A stretch of 63,754 nucleotides of DNA, filler included, from Vezdaea acicularis (Eukaryota): the NCBI GenBank assembly GCA_026025075.1. It is 3 parts of 3 records of this genome, joined end to end, with 100 filler letters (N's around TTAATTAATTAA, not from the genome) between each part and the next. Parts side by side here need not be neighbours in the genome. Positions count along the whole stretch, not along the records: positions 1 to 30,057 come from JAPEUI010000164.1; 2 more parts are not named here. One strand, given 5' to 3'. The stretch's first letter is position 1. Every line of letters starts with the position of its first letter. Positions 11,955-24,612 of this stretch are shown here, one piece after another. A program made the translations under genes and the position numbers. The notes beneath the pieces are model-generated. The model was not told where the DNA came from. It saw only the letters and a list, made by a program, of their open reading frames with translations, and searched no databases.

Positions 11955-14244
11955 ATGGATTCTTCTCAGTCAAATGGAACCGTTGGGCAGAGCGGGCATC
12001 CTCTCGATGGCTGGAAAGATTACCCAAAGAACGAAAGCTGGCATGATCCTGATAACCCACACAGGAATCTCTTGGCTAAACGCATGGGGCCCTACGAGCT
12101 AGGCTGTATCCCTAACCAATTTCATGTTAGCTACTCACGAATTGATTGGGCAAAAACAGGTCTGGCAGCACCCCTAAGCTCCTGTTCGTAACCACAGATT
12201 CTCATGATCAAAGGCCCACCAGCAACAGAAGTAGCCAAAGTTATCGAAAATTCTCAATCACTGGAAGAGTTGCTCCTAGTAAGTGAATTCCAGTTACAGT
12301 CGCAGCAGTACGCGCCGAGATACCTCCAGGCTTAAACCTAATCTAGGAACCGAATCTTCTACAGACCGGATCGCAGCTCATGTAAGTGGTAATTCCCGAT
12401 GAGTAGGGGCACTTCGTGGACTTGAGTCGGAATAGCAACTGACAATTACCAAGCGTGGTGAGAGGAGGTCTCAAACCAACCAGTTCTACTGAAGCATCTA
12501 TCGAAATTGATAACGATTCGTTGAAGAAAGTTTTCTTTCGTTACCAAGTCTCACCAGAATTTATTTCCTTCATAGGAAGCTTGTATTCCCACGATGGTAT
12601 CTTTTCTACGAGTAGCTTCTCTCGGCAGCCGAACGGAGAACTCTCTGATGCAGAAGGTTGAGTACTTTCCGTAGTTGGGGATCACGGGGATATAAATCAT
12701 CAAACCACTAACATGCTAGATGCACGCTGCAGTGTCACTCTGTTACTACCTCTATATACCCTGCACACCACTGAACACGTCCCTAGCGGATGGCCCAGCC
12801 TCGAATTATGTGCCCCTGACAGTTTATACACGCCACAAAAAGGATTTCTCAATGGAGTTCACTTTATATGCCAGGTCTCCAGCCTGGTTCATCCAGAGAA
12901 TCCTTTCAACTCGGACAGAGCTCGCGAAATCAGTATCGTCTAATGTGGAGTTGTGGGTACTGCATACCCTCGCCGTATTGACAGTTACGATGGCTTATTG
13001 GGACGACTGTGTGAAGAGGATGAAGGTCAAAGGACGAATTCAAGTGAGCGCTAACCAGTGACTGCAATCTGAATGTCTGCCTAAGATGTAGAACTATAAT
13101 GCTAACACATTTTATTTAGTCCGTTTTCCTTCGTCAGCATATGTCATCGCCAACAGCAGACTTTGTCAAATCTTCTGAGCAGCAGAAAGATGCTCTTGAG
13201 GCAAATCTTGATATGATAGCCAAGATTGCCTGTTTCGAGACTACATTAAACAAACTCAAAGAAAAAGCAGTCGCCCTAAAGAATCCTGCCGGCCAACCCC
13301 ACTGGAAATTCTTTGTTGAAGAAAAGTACGCTGAGCTTAACCAAAGAATCAGTAACTTGAAAATAGAAATCTCGCTTGAAAGTGAACGCTTAAAGGGTTT
13401 GCAGAGTATGGTATGTACCAAAATTCGTGAATCCTATGTCCGATTAAAATCTTTCAAGTGTAGCTAGTCTAGAACGGTAGCTAATGCGTATCTAAAGCTG
13501 TTCAATATACTGCACACTCAGAGTGAGCGCAACCAGCTTCTGAACATATCAACCATGAGACGTTTGGGGGAACAATCACAACAAGGCGCCGAAGAGGTGG
13601 CGGCGCTTGCTAGACAAGCTAGAATAGACTCCCACACAATGAAGGCTCTTGCATTTGTGACTGTATTCTATCTCCCTGGGACGTTCCTTGCCACACTCTA
13701 TGGCACTGATCTGCTTAAGAACCCAGAACCATCTAAGATCAGGGGCTGGCTATATTCGCCATTGGCATATACAGTCATAGCCATTGTGCTCACAATTATC
13801 ACATTTATGGTCTGGATTGTACACTTTCATATCTGGAAAAGGACACAAAGCCCCGGAAACGCGCCAGCGGCTATACTGGGTACAACCAATACTTCTGCAA
13901 CCTCCAAGACTCCAAGTACGGATGAAGCCGGCGTCGAGAACTCCGAAAGCATGGCCCTACAAAATCTGTCTGCTCCAGCAAGTACAGCAAATGTCCCGTC
14001 CGACTTGATAGCCGCGTTGCGAGAAGCCGTGGAGGAGGAAACTGCTATTAGTGAGCTATGGAAGACTGATCCGGCAGAAGCGCAGCGGCGACAAACTTTA
14101 CAAGAGGCCAACGCCAAGAAATTAACTCTTCAGATGACGCAGCACTACCAGAGAATGCACGATCCGAGTCTAGTCACGCAAATACCAGAAACACCAGTCA
14201 CGCAGAGCAGCCAGGTCGATGCCGGAGTGCGCAGGCGTACATAG
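11955..14244 (+). CDS. Multi-exon membrane protein with CorA-like C-terminal two-TM module
   Basis: Chain of short + strand ORFs separated by GT-AG introns; last exon has a coiled-coil followed by DSHTMKALAFVTVFYLPGTFLATLYG and a second TM. 5' exon structure is approximate. Confidence 0.55.
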
Positions 14245-14429
14245 TCGTGTATTGGATACGGCAGAACTGGCGGAACAAGTTGGACACTTCAAAGCTTTAT
14301 AGAGATCGTCATTGAATGAACTGTAGCTAACTAGATCGAAACACCTTGCTAATGCCCGCTAATGGAAGTTGACGCACGCCATTGACTTTGCAAGACAAAA
14401 CAAAACAGCTATATCCCATCGCCATATGC

Positions 14430-16689
14430 TTACCAGTTTTCTTCTCCACCAAAGAGGACCCCAGCCTCCAGACAATACCCTCCACCTCTCCCTTTCCCAT
14501 CACCTCTCCCTTCACTGCCCCAGCAAACAATCACAGCATCAACAATACCCCCTAACACGCCCTCCATGGCACCCAAGATCCCCCATCCAATCGCTCCGGC
14601 AATTAGTCCAACAACGTATGCGTACATACTGCCTCTATAGCCTACTTTCCCACCTTCTAATACTAATAATCTTGCGGTGCTGACCCATCCTCCGAATCCG
14701 AGCGTTAGCGACATGAGGAACCTAGTCGCATGTAGGATTAGCTTGGCAAGGCGATACGGTAGCAGCGGGGCAGACGAGTTCGGAGACCCCGTGAATGTGC
14801 GGGGGTTGAGTGTGGTTGTCGCTGATGCCGGCGCGAGGAAGCGCATCTGCCCTATAGCACGCGCAGAGGGCGCGAGGGGCTGCGAGTGAATAGCGGCGTA
14901 GGTCAGAGTGAGTGGGTTTGTGAGAGCCGTGATAGACGTCGGGACAAGGGAGTAAGTGAATAATCCCAAGAATGCAGTAGCACGGCGAGGTAGGAGTAGG
15001 AAGGGAAGCCTGATCAAAAGGGAGAGAAGGGTAGAATAGCAGATGGTACCAAAGGCGGTCGTGACAGAATGTGATAGAGCCGCGCGAACAACTTGCTGAG
15101 ACGTTGGCGCGGGCACAGTGTTGCGGTGGAAGTACCACTGTGAGACTGTGGCGGCAGTCGTGGCGCGCTGGATGCCGCTGCCAATGGAGAGTAACCATAG
15201 GTAATTGAAGACGAAGCAAGCCCCAAGCCACCAGCTGCTGCTGTCGATGATGAAAAGGTTCTTGGATGACGAGAAATGCCCGCTAAGAAACACGCGTGTG
15301 AACATTGCTGTCCAGACCCAGGTCCAGACTATGACGCCGATGAGCGTGCCAAAGCCGAGCACGATTAGTGCGGGATTGGCACCTAGGATTCGTGAGGCGA
15401 ACTCAAGGATATCGATCGCTTTGCTGAGAGCGCGGCGACCTCGAATGACGGTATATACCCAGAGGCCCGTCGCGACTAGCGGGATGAAAGACAGCCAGCG
15501 CATCGCGGTATCCTGAGCACTCGCGCCTTTCCAGGAGCCTTTGAAGCTAGAAATCAGAGGGTAAAGGAAGAAGGAGAAGAGGATTATTGGTACGGCAAAA
15601 ATAATAGCGAGGACCAGTTGTTTGACGAATGACCGGAGAGCCACCAGCCATAGGAGAGAGATGATGACCGCAATTACCGTATCTACCGCGAGAAGATGAT
15701 AAGAAGAGTGTAATGTCGAGTATATTGTATCCCCAAGAGGTCGTTTCGAGCTTGGCGTGGATGTATGTAACCAGACTAAAAACCAGGTTGAGAACATAGC
15801 CGCTATATCGATTAGAGCTAATGAGGCCCAGAATGAATCGTGCCTAGGTCTTTCTTGGTATAAGGCTACCTCTGGTGAGACCTTCATTTGTCAGTACATT
15901 ACCGTGCCTTTGTAATTGAAGCAAACTCACATTCTCTGCCTCCGATGCTCGGCGCAGGATGTCAGTCCCCGCGATGCTGGGTTCCTGTTGTAAGAAGGCA
16001 GCATTTTCATCAGTTCGCGAGTCGGGTGACTGTCGAAATTGTTGGAAAGCCGGTTCGTCCTCATCCTCTTGGGGTACCTCCACCAGTACATCATCCGGGG
16101 GATCATCTCGATCTCCCATTATGGCTGATTCTAGGCCAACGTCGTACATTGGCCTTGTTCTTGAACTAGCATGGCTTGCGAGCATACGGGTGGGTTCTTC
16201 TACAACAGACTCGACTCCTTTTCGTTTCCCAGTCATCCTGCTTCTGTCTCCGCGCCAGCTGCTTTTAATGCCACGGCCTTGTTCATACCCTCGACCGTCA
16301 AATCCCCTTCCATCACTTGATTCTGTAGAGGTATCGATACCATCTTCGTCGGCCTCGGAAGACTCCTGCAACCTGCCAGCGCCAAAGTGCTTTCTCGACT
16401 TCTGAAGCGCCGCAAAGTCTGCTGTCTCCCGCTCGTGTTCGGCTTCGTCGTCCTCTCTGAACTGATCCGTGGCACTAAAGAAGAGCGGCGCAGGCTCTCT
16501 TGAAGCTCGGGAGCCGAAAGGGAAGTTCATTTGTGACGCAGAAGGAAGGTATGGATTACCTATACCTAGTCGAGACTGCACTCCCCTAGAAACCGGAGGA
16601 CCTCGCGGTCTCCGTAATCCGTCATTGGGGTTGCGTGACCTGCTTCGATTATCATCATTATCGGGTATTTGCCCTTGGAAATAGGACAT
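14430..16689 (-). CDS. Choline transporter-like (CTL/PNS1 family) membrane protein; exons 16689-15931, 15881-14430
   Basis: Disordered N-terminus (APLFFSATDQFREDDE) joined by intron 15930-15882 (GTGAGT..CTGAC..AAG) to a multi-TM region with RATTAATVSQWYF and TYAAIHSQPL. Confidence 0.8.
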
Positions 16690-17514
16690 TCGAGACTGAG
16701 ATTGGGCAAGGAAACGAGATGCATCTACTGCCTGTTAACTATCTTGCAGCCAAAGAAAAATGCCGTTCAGGGGATGAAAGGTGTAACCATACATTCAGAA
16801 AACATGGCTCGATCTTAGGAGCTCAAGCGCCCTCCTCTAATATTCCAAATCTGGTGTGATCCTTTTTCAATCAAGAGAGCTGGCATAAGCCCGGACTATA
16901 TTGTCTCGCGAGACGTTGTGTTACCTCTCATAACTGGCGTAAAAAGCGAGGAAAGCAGGGCCAGAATTAGTTATGGCGCGACAACTTATGATTGAAAGAA
17001 TGTAGGTTTTGCAGCACCTTCACTAAGAGCGACTCGTAATAGTAGTGAATGCCTAGTCGCCCCCAGGTTGCTGGCGATGGCGGATGAGTAAGTAAGTCGC
17101 CTGAGGGTGTCGCGGGACCAAGCATCAAAATAGGCCAAGCGAGAATGCGTCAGAAACGTCTAGGCAAGCACGCGGGTCCCATAGCTCAGCTCTGGGCCAT
17201 CCATGGTAGGAAAATCGAATCCATTCGCTATGTACCTCTCCCGTCAAACATAGAACAGAAATTGACCTGACGATCATGAAGTGTACATAATACGTAGTAC
17301 ATTCATCAAGTCCGACATTCATCCTACGGCTGCCACAAAACGCTTGATGCGCAGTGACGTTTGCGTTTTGTAGAATATCGCCTCCAGGAAGTAACCTGGC
17401 AAAGCTCCGCAATACATATACTCTCCCCAACGAGCCCGACCTACTCAAGCTTCATAACAGACAAGGATACCTGCCTGCCGCCCACCTCCCTACAACAATT
17501 CTGCGCGCGCTCCA

Positions 17515-18328
17515 ATGTCGCAGCCGCAATGGGACTATATCGCAAAGCTCGTCTGCATCGGCGACTCAGGCACAGGCAAATCTAGTGTTCGTCACAAATC
17601 GTCGTAAACCCATCATTCCACTCCGCTAACACCTTCTGGCGCAGCTCACGATCCGCCTCTGCGAAGGCCGCTTCTCACCTTACCACGACGTAACCATCGG
17701 CGTCGAGTTCGGGTCTCGGGTCGTCCAAGTACACGACCCGTCTCCCAGTCCCCTAATCCACACACCCGCTCCCGACTCCTCCGAAAACCAGGAAAAGCGC
17801 ATGAAGCTCTCCATATGGGACACGGCAGGCCAAGAGACCTACGCAAGCGTAACGCGCTCCTACTTCCGCGGCGCCAGCGGCGCTCTGCTAGTCTTCAGCC
17901 TAACGCGGCGCGCCTCCTTCGAGAGCGTAACGCGGTGGTTGAACGACCTGCGACAGATCGCTGAGCCGAGCATCGTGGTAGTGTTGGTGGGGAACAAGCT
18001 GGACCTGGCGAACAAGACGGCGGAGATTGGTGCAGAGGGCGCGGAGACAGGGAGGGAGGTCACGACCGAGGAGGCGACGAGGTGGTGCAGAGAGAACGGG
18101 GTGATGAAGTATGTAGAGACGAGCGCAAAGAGTGGGGAGAATGTGGAGATGGCCTTCAGAGAGGTGGCAGATCGGATCTACGCGAACATAATGCAAGGGC
18201 AATATGACCTTAATGATAGACGGTCGGGCGTGAAGGGACCAGGAGCGGGTAAGGCGGGGAAAGGAGACATAAGGTTGAAGATGAACGATGCTGCGAAAGG
18301 GGGTGGTTGGGGAGGCAAGTGTTGTTGA
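17515..18328 (+). CDS. Rab GTPase, Rab2/Rab4(Ypt4)-like; exons 17515-17586, 17645-18328
   Basis: GDSGTGKS P-loop, TIGVEFG, WDTAGQE, GNKLD, ETSAK and C-terminal CC prenylation motif; intron 17587-17644. Confidence 0.93.
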
Positions 18329-18586
18329 GAGTGATAAAGCGTTCGTAAGGGCATGGAGAAGGCGTTCAGGGTTTGTGTCACTACAAGCATTTCAGGCGCA
18401 GTCATGCTTGTAAATTAAATCATTTGCTATTCTTGCCCTAATAATTACAAGCAAGAACCGCTAATAATAGATGACCTGAGCGCTCGCATCTGTCTTACAT
18501 AACCTTTCCATCCGCCCCATGAGTCTTTTTTGAATTGGTTCCGTCCGACGCTCCGTACTATGCACAATCCCCTCTTTAAATACCGT

Positions 18587-21061
18587 CTAGTCAGTCACCC
18601 TCCAAGTGCTGAACCATTTCAAGTGTCTCCATTGGCTAGAAGAGCCAACCATGCCCCAAGTAATTGGAATGAATAGGATAAAGAGTCCAATTACGATTGC
18701 GTAGAGCACGAAGTAGACACCCCACTGAGCCGTCTTGTGGAGAGGACGAGTGAAGTGATCAACGACAAAACCAAAGGACAGGATGGCGAAGTAAAGCGCC
18801 GGGTACTATGGGAGGTTTGGTTAATTATGCATTTTTTTACGCTTTGAAGCCTCGAAGTACTCACATAATGATGGACATAAGTAACACGCGCCATTGCGAT
18901 GAAGGGAAAGTAGTGCAGAACCCAGCCCAGTGCAGGATACAACCCAGCGTAGTGAATTTGGTCAATCTCCGCAGGCTTCAATTCTTCGTATCCTCGTTGC
19001 CATCGAATAAGATACCAGAACACTAGGAGGACGAGCGCGCCCAAGCTAGCTGTTGAGCCCCAATAGACGATTGGGTTTCCGAGAAGGAAATATTTGACGA
19101 TACCGTCGTCCCAGCCACACATTCGTAGTCCAACATTCAAGATAGGCCATTGCCAGAATTTAGAGGCGAGATCATCTTGCTTATCTGGATCCGGGACAAG
19201 AGCGTTGTTGGAAGTCATCATGGCAACGTTCAAGTGGAGGAAGTCTCTTAGGAAAGGTGACTTGTACGATCCTGGATCACCGGCGGGTAGCCTCTCGTTC
19301 CAGTGGCTTTCCACGTTCCAGTGGGTGTAAACATCGTAAGGCCTATTCTCCTTCGCGCAAGAGACCTCGATCTGCTTGAAACCCCACTGCGGTAAATTGA
19401 CATTTCCAGCTCTTAAGTAGCAGCCTAAAGCGGTATGTTTGAGCCGGAAGGACGTCGTAAGAGTTCGGAGCTTAGAGTAATCCCTTGAAGCAGCATCATT
19501 TACAACCTCTACCGTCCAATGATCTTTTTCATCTCCCACAGTTGTGTTACCATAGCAAGAAACTTCGTTGTCCCCTTTCGTCACTGGAGCAGACACTGCG
19601 TGAGAGTGAAGATTTCGACCAGTTTGAGCGTGGATCATACGGATGACATCTCCGTTACCGACGAATTTTATTTCGCCTTCTGGGTCATAGTCTGGCTCTG
19701 CTCGATTGGGATAGAAAAACCAGTCATTGTTCGCATCCTTGTGATGATAGCAGGTGACTTGTTGCTGTAATGAGCCTTCAGGATAAGTCTGGACGTGGGA
19801 ATGGAGTAGACCACCACCATAGCCCATGTTCTTCAAGGTCGCCCTGGAGCCAATCGCAACTTCTAGCGGGCTGTCCTTTCCGACCTCGGTACCTCTTAAG
19901 TTGGCCTGGAACAGAGAGCTCATTTGCGCATCGCCAGGTCCACTATTCTCCAAGACTAGGAAATGGATATAGAAAGAGAACATGTATACCATCATAGGAA
20001 CCACGATCAAACCAAGAACACGAGCTGCAATGTGAGAGGCGTAGTCGATCTGAAATTGTTAGCTTGGGCTTATCTTACGTAAATGAGTTTATCGTTACCT
20101 TAGGCATTTTGAGATCTCCGAATTTATTCCACAAGTCCTCAATCGTATATATGCCTACAAGGGCGGTGCAGAAAAGCCCAACCCATTTCACGCTGCAGAC
20201 ACACCCAATTGAGATACCCGTGAGGAAAAGCCATATAAACCACTCAGGAGAGAAGCTTTCTTTTTGTAGTCGGTGAAATCTTGCCCAGCAGAGAACAGTC
20301 GTGAAGGTGAAGAACAGTAGCATCGAATCGAGCAGAATGAACCTGCTGATGGTTGCGTAGGAGTTTTCACAAAGGACCATAAGTGTAATGAACCACACAG
20401 TTTGGCGTCGGAAATTCAACTCGCGGGCAGTGTAATATGCAAGCGGGATGCACAAAGCGCCGAAAGCCGCATTGAAGACTCGCATGAAGGTATAGTCGAC
20501 ATCCTCTGGGTATTTCTCCCCGGATTTGAACTCAAATGAGCCGTTGTATCCTGCCATGTATCCTGATAGTCCAACTAACATCTTTCCCAATGGCGGATGC
20601 ACGTCAAAATAGAACTCCCTTTTTAGATAATGCGATCCAAACTTGCCAAAGCTAGTGCGAGCACGTCGTCAGTATTTTAGATCCGCTTACGTATCAAAAG
20701 GGCTCTTACTGGGCCTCGTCCCAGGTGACGATATCTGACAAGCCAATTTTCCACATTCTTGTAAAGAACGAAAACGCCGTGAATACTATTGGCGCAATAA
20801 TGAACTCGAATTCATCTAGATAAGAGAATATTGATGGGCCGGCCTAAGCAGTAGACGGTCCATTGTCAGCCTACAAAAGCTGTATGTTGTTGGGGCCTTA
20901 TTTGGTTTGGATCATACCGGTGTCCCCTTCGTCTTGCTAGTATCTTCTTCCGGTACTCTTGTAACCGCATCTCCGTTTGCTGTACCAGCAACATTCCTTC
21001 GTGTCAATCCCTGGTCGTCATGCTCAGCGCCGGTTGCGAAACTCTGATCGTTTCTCGCCAT
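18587..21061 (-). CDS. PMT2: Dolichyl-phosphate-mannose-protein O-mannosyltransferase, PMT2 subfamily (multi-exon)
   Basis: [39 protein letters not shown]-domain LHSH motifs, RVTYVHHY and C-terminal WRVTD; short introns join the listed ORFs. Confidence 0.93.
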
Positions 21062-21986
21062 AATTAATTTGAGTCGATGTCCGCAGGCGGAGTCGCCTTC
21101 TCAATGACCAAACCCAAGATAACGCGCGGGTCAGCTTAGTGGCTGAAGCTGTACAGCTGGAGAACTCCTCGTGGGTGAACTGAAAGGAGGCACCGTCATA
21201 CAAGGCTTAAAGGAGGGGGCTACGAGAAACAGAATCTGCTGGTCACTAAGAGACCGCTTGGATGTGTAAAAGAATGAAAAGCCGGAGATCACTCATGCGA
21301 GAGACTTAGATGGTGGCCCTCTAGGATCTCGCTTTAGTAAAAGATCCTGGGAGGTATGGTTCATGAGGAGATGGCTTGAGGGTGAAGCTGAATCTAACAA
21401 AATTTGGCGAACGCTGCAAGGGTCCCTGCGATAAGTCCCCACTGTGCCGCCAGCGTCGCTGCAAAGGGGCTCGCTAAGGTAGCGTCCGCAGTAGATCTGA
21501 GCATGCGCCTGCGCATCAGCTGGACCAGTGCGGAGGCCACCTTGCTCACTCCTTCGGAAAAGGGGGGTATTGGTAAGGTTTTCCTATAACCATTGATTAC
21601 TTGCAACCCACACATCCACAGACTCCATGAAGTTTTTGCAAATTTTTCTCGAGAGCAGGCTCTTACTTTATGGTTGTTGCAAAGAAAGACGAGAAGAACC
21701 GTGCGTTGACGCGTTGTTTGGGTTGCCTGGTTCAAGCAAATCTAGACCTTCAACCAATTGAGAGTCATTTATTTACTCCAGCATCAAATGCGAAGACCTG
21801 CGTAGTAAATAGCACGTGTGTCCGGAACTAATGCATGAACAATGAAGCAAAGACTATCATTGGCTCATGATCTTCTGTACAGTTCGAAGGTTCACCACTT
21901 CAATCACTACGTTCCAGGCTAGGAAGATCATCATATCTGGCGAATGCTTTGGGACTTGCCTCCAAGGACCGTCACAATGTTTCATA

Positions 21987-22190
21987 GTGAAAGGACCTAT
22001 TGTACCAATCTAGCTTTTGCGAGCTAAAGGCTTTTAGATTACGTCGGCTTTCTAACTTCGTGATGCTATTAAGGGTGGTCACTCGTGAAAGGCTTCCATT
22101 ATACCAACCTAGCATTTAAGAGCCAATAGCTCTTGAACTACGCTGGCTTTCTAACTTCATGATGCTGCTAAGGTTGCTTTCTCTTGAATG
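21987..22190. repeat. Two diverged 99-bp direct tandem copies; probable decayed ankyrin-repeat coding remnant on the minus strand
   Basis: TACCAA at 22003/22102 and GGCTTTCTAACTTC at 22046/22145 (period 99). The minus-strand translation is ankyrin-like but interrupted by stops. Confidence 0.55.
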
Positions 22191-22883
22191 ATAGCGTTGT
22201 GGAGGTGATCTATCAGTGGCTGCCATTGACGTGGAGCTATCTGCAGCCTCAAGGACCCTATCGCAAAGTGGGAAAGCTTGACGTGCCCAGCAATCAACTT
22301 ACAGCTGATAAGTTGAGGGAGAATTATAAGATCACATAGGTTGTTACCAAAGGCGTTCGCACTAGCCTTTGTCCGAGGATAAGTGTGAAGTCAGGACTCT
22401 GCTGTGCAAGCTCTTGCGAAGCTCTTGATTGTAGGGAATCAAGGCCGCTTCTAGCTCTGTTTATAAGAATATCTTGTGCATGTGGGCTATTCTGCAAAGT
22501 GATTCTGTACGTTTCCTGGATCGCGGAGCAAAAGGTAGAAGACTTCATGTACCACTGTTGAGTGTTGAATCTTGAGCAATTTGAGAGCACGCATAAAAGA
22601 CATAAATTAGGCCCACCACAGTGCCATAGTGTGGAAGATATTATGGCGCCATAAATACTCAATGATACATCTGATTTTTAAAAAAAGGAGCGTATCGAAG
22701 CAAGAACTTAATGCCTGTAGAAATACTTGTGGCCTAGATAGCAGGTAAGTACTCTAAACTTCTGACAGAAGGCATAAGTGCGCTTTCCAGATTAGACCAA
22801 GCCTGACTGAGGAGTATCTAGTCGGCAACAACGTCCAGCGTCAATAATAACCTGATGAAAGTAGAACGCAAAACAGATCTCTT

Positions 22884-23726
22884 CTAGTTCCTAGTGAGCC
22901 ACAATAATGTCCATGTCATAAATGCGGACACGATCCATTTAGCATTGATGGTTACAGTTCCTGCTCCAGTGTTTGAACTCGTCGGAGCCGGCCCTGCACT
23001 CGTTGCGGTAGGGGTACTTGTTCCACCAGTTGTACTCACAGCAGTCGATGTGGTTGATGTCGCTGGGGCGCTGGTCAGACTTAATACATTTCCAGCACTG
23101 GAGCATAAGCCCAGACCACTTTGGATGCCCATAAGATCGGAAGCATCCGCTGTTGAAGCAAATGCTGCACATGATCCGACGAATCCATCGAATACATCTG
23201 GCTGCCAGGTCGAGGAAGAATAGCAGAGACAACTAGCTTGAGCGGCGTTGGAAAGGCTATCGAAGTCTGACGTCGCTGCCTCACAGGAGGAGACGATGTT
23301 CACAATGGAGCCACAAGCGGCGCCGTTAGGGTCAATCGACGCGCTACTGGGCGCCGCCGTGAGTGGGGCGCGGCCATTAAGGCCCGCAAAGCAGGAAGGA
23401 GGGTTCGGGCCCCGACAGCATGAGTTGACCGTCTTGGCGAGCCCAGTGCACCCTTCACAAAAGGAAGCAGCACAACCTAGAATTTTGCAGCAAGGTTAGA
23501 GAGCGACAACATAATAGATCCAGAGGGAGGAGGGAGATATCTACGAACTTGTGATGGTCGGAGGGCAAATCGAAATAAAGTTTGTGCACTGGACGAATTG
23601 CGAGTATTGGAATTGAATGACCTCGCTCAATTGGGGCCCGAGATTGACGAACGGGACGTCCGCTTGGACATGCTGAGTGAGCAAGAAAAGAATGGCAAGC
23701 GCAGAGCAATAGTAAGCTTGAGCCAT
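22884..23726 (-). CDS. Secreted Cys-rich, Ser/Thr-rich protein, probably GPI-anchored; exons 23726-23549, 23476-22884
   Basis: Signal peptide MAQAYYCSALAILFLLTQHVQA; intron 23548-23477 gives an open Cys-rich frame (SCAASFCEGC..NSCCRG..ASCLCYSS), an S/T stalk and a hydrophobic C-terminal tail. Confidence 0.8.
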
Positions 23727-24612
23727 AATAAGGAATAAGTTTGGAGGAGTGACAGGTCTAAGAAGGATTGATTCCGAACGACAATCGATGAACTCGCACC
23801 AAGTCTTCGGAAGTCTCTGTAGCTGCCTTGCATTTTGGATCGAGGGAGATTCGGTCAACTCATATATTGTACCTAAAGCTGGGACAAGGCTGAGGGCAAA
23901 GAAGGATGAGGAGGCATGAAACAGGGTGACAGCAAGGATATGTTCCGTCCATGCGGCTCCATCAACCTCATCTCCGCCAATGGGACATGTCGGAGGCTTT
24001 CTTTGTAGTAGGCGGCTGACTGATCAGGCGACTGTTAACCTGATTCGGACCCACTGACGAAGTGGAGGTCGGAGATCCTTGCCCCCTTTTATCAGAGACA
24101 TGATGCAGGCAAAAGTGACGCTAACCGCTTTCAGCCGGAGGCGGAGATAGCACATCCCGAGCAGGGGTGGCCACTACGTCATGCTCAATGAGCATTGTGC
24201 GGTGCTTGTGGAGCCGTCTCCGACGCGTCTGGTATGAATATACAGAATAACGAGAAGAAACATGCTGGTCGGAGGGGCTTACATGGTTGGCGGGAAAGGT
24301 TGCGGTTGGTAAGCGAGGCGAGGTACCTCCTGGCGCAATCTTGGTGAGGAGTGACATCGCTTTCGGCTCTTTTGCCATGTGAGGTACTTGATTGAAAGCA
24401 TTGGGAGCGTGAGAGGTCATGAGGAGACCACTTTACTTGCGTTGCCGTCTGGCAGCCCTCCTATCGACTCGTGGAGAGCTCCAGCCGATACGCGACAGCT
24501 GAGAACGAACCCCTCTATCTATGACAATTGCGCGGGACGAACCTTTATTGTAACAACACCATGGCTTGACCAATCGTAATGAGGCTCAGAATGTCATGAG
24601 CTTAGAAAGGTA

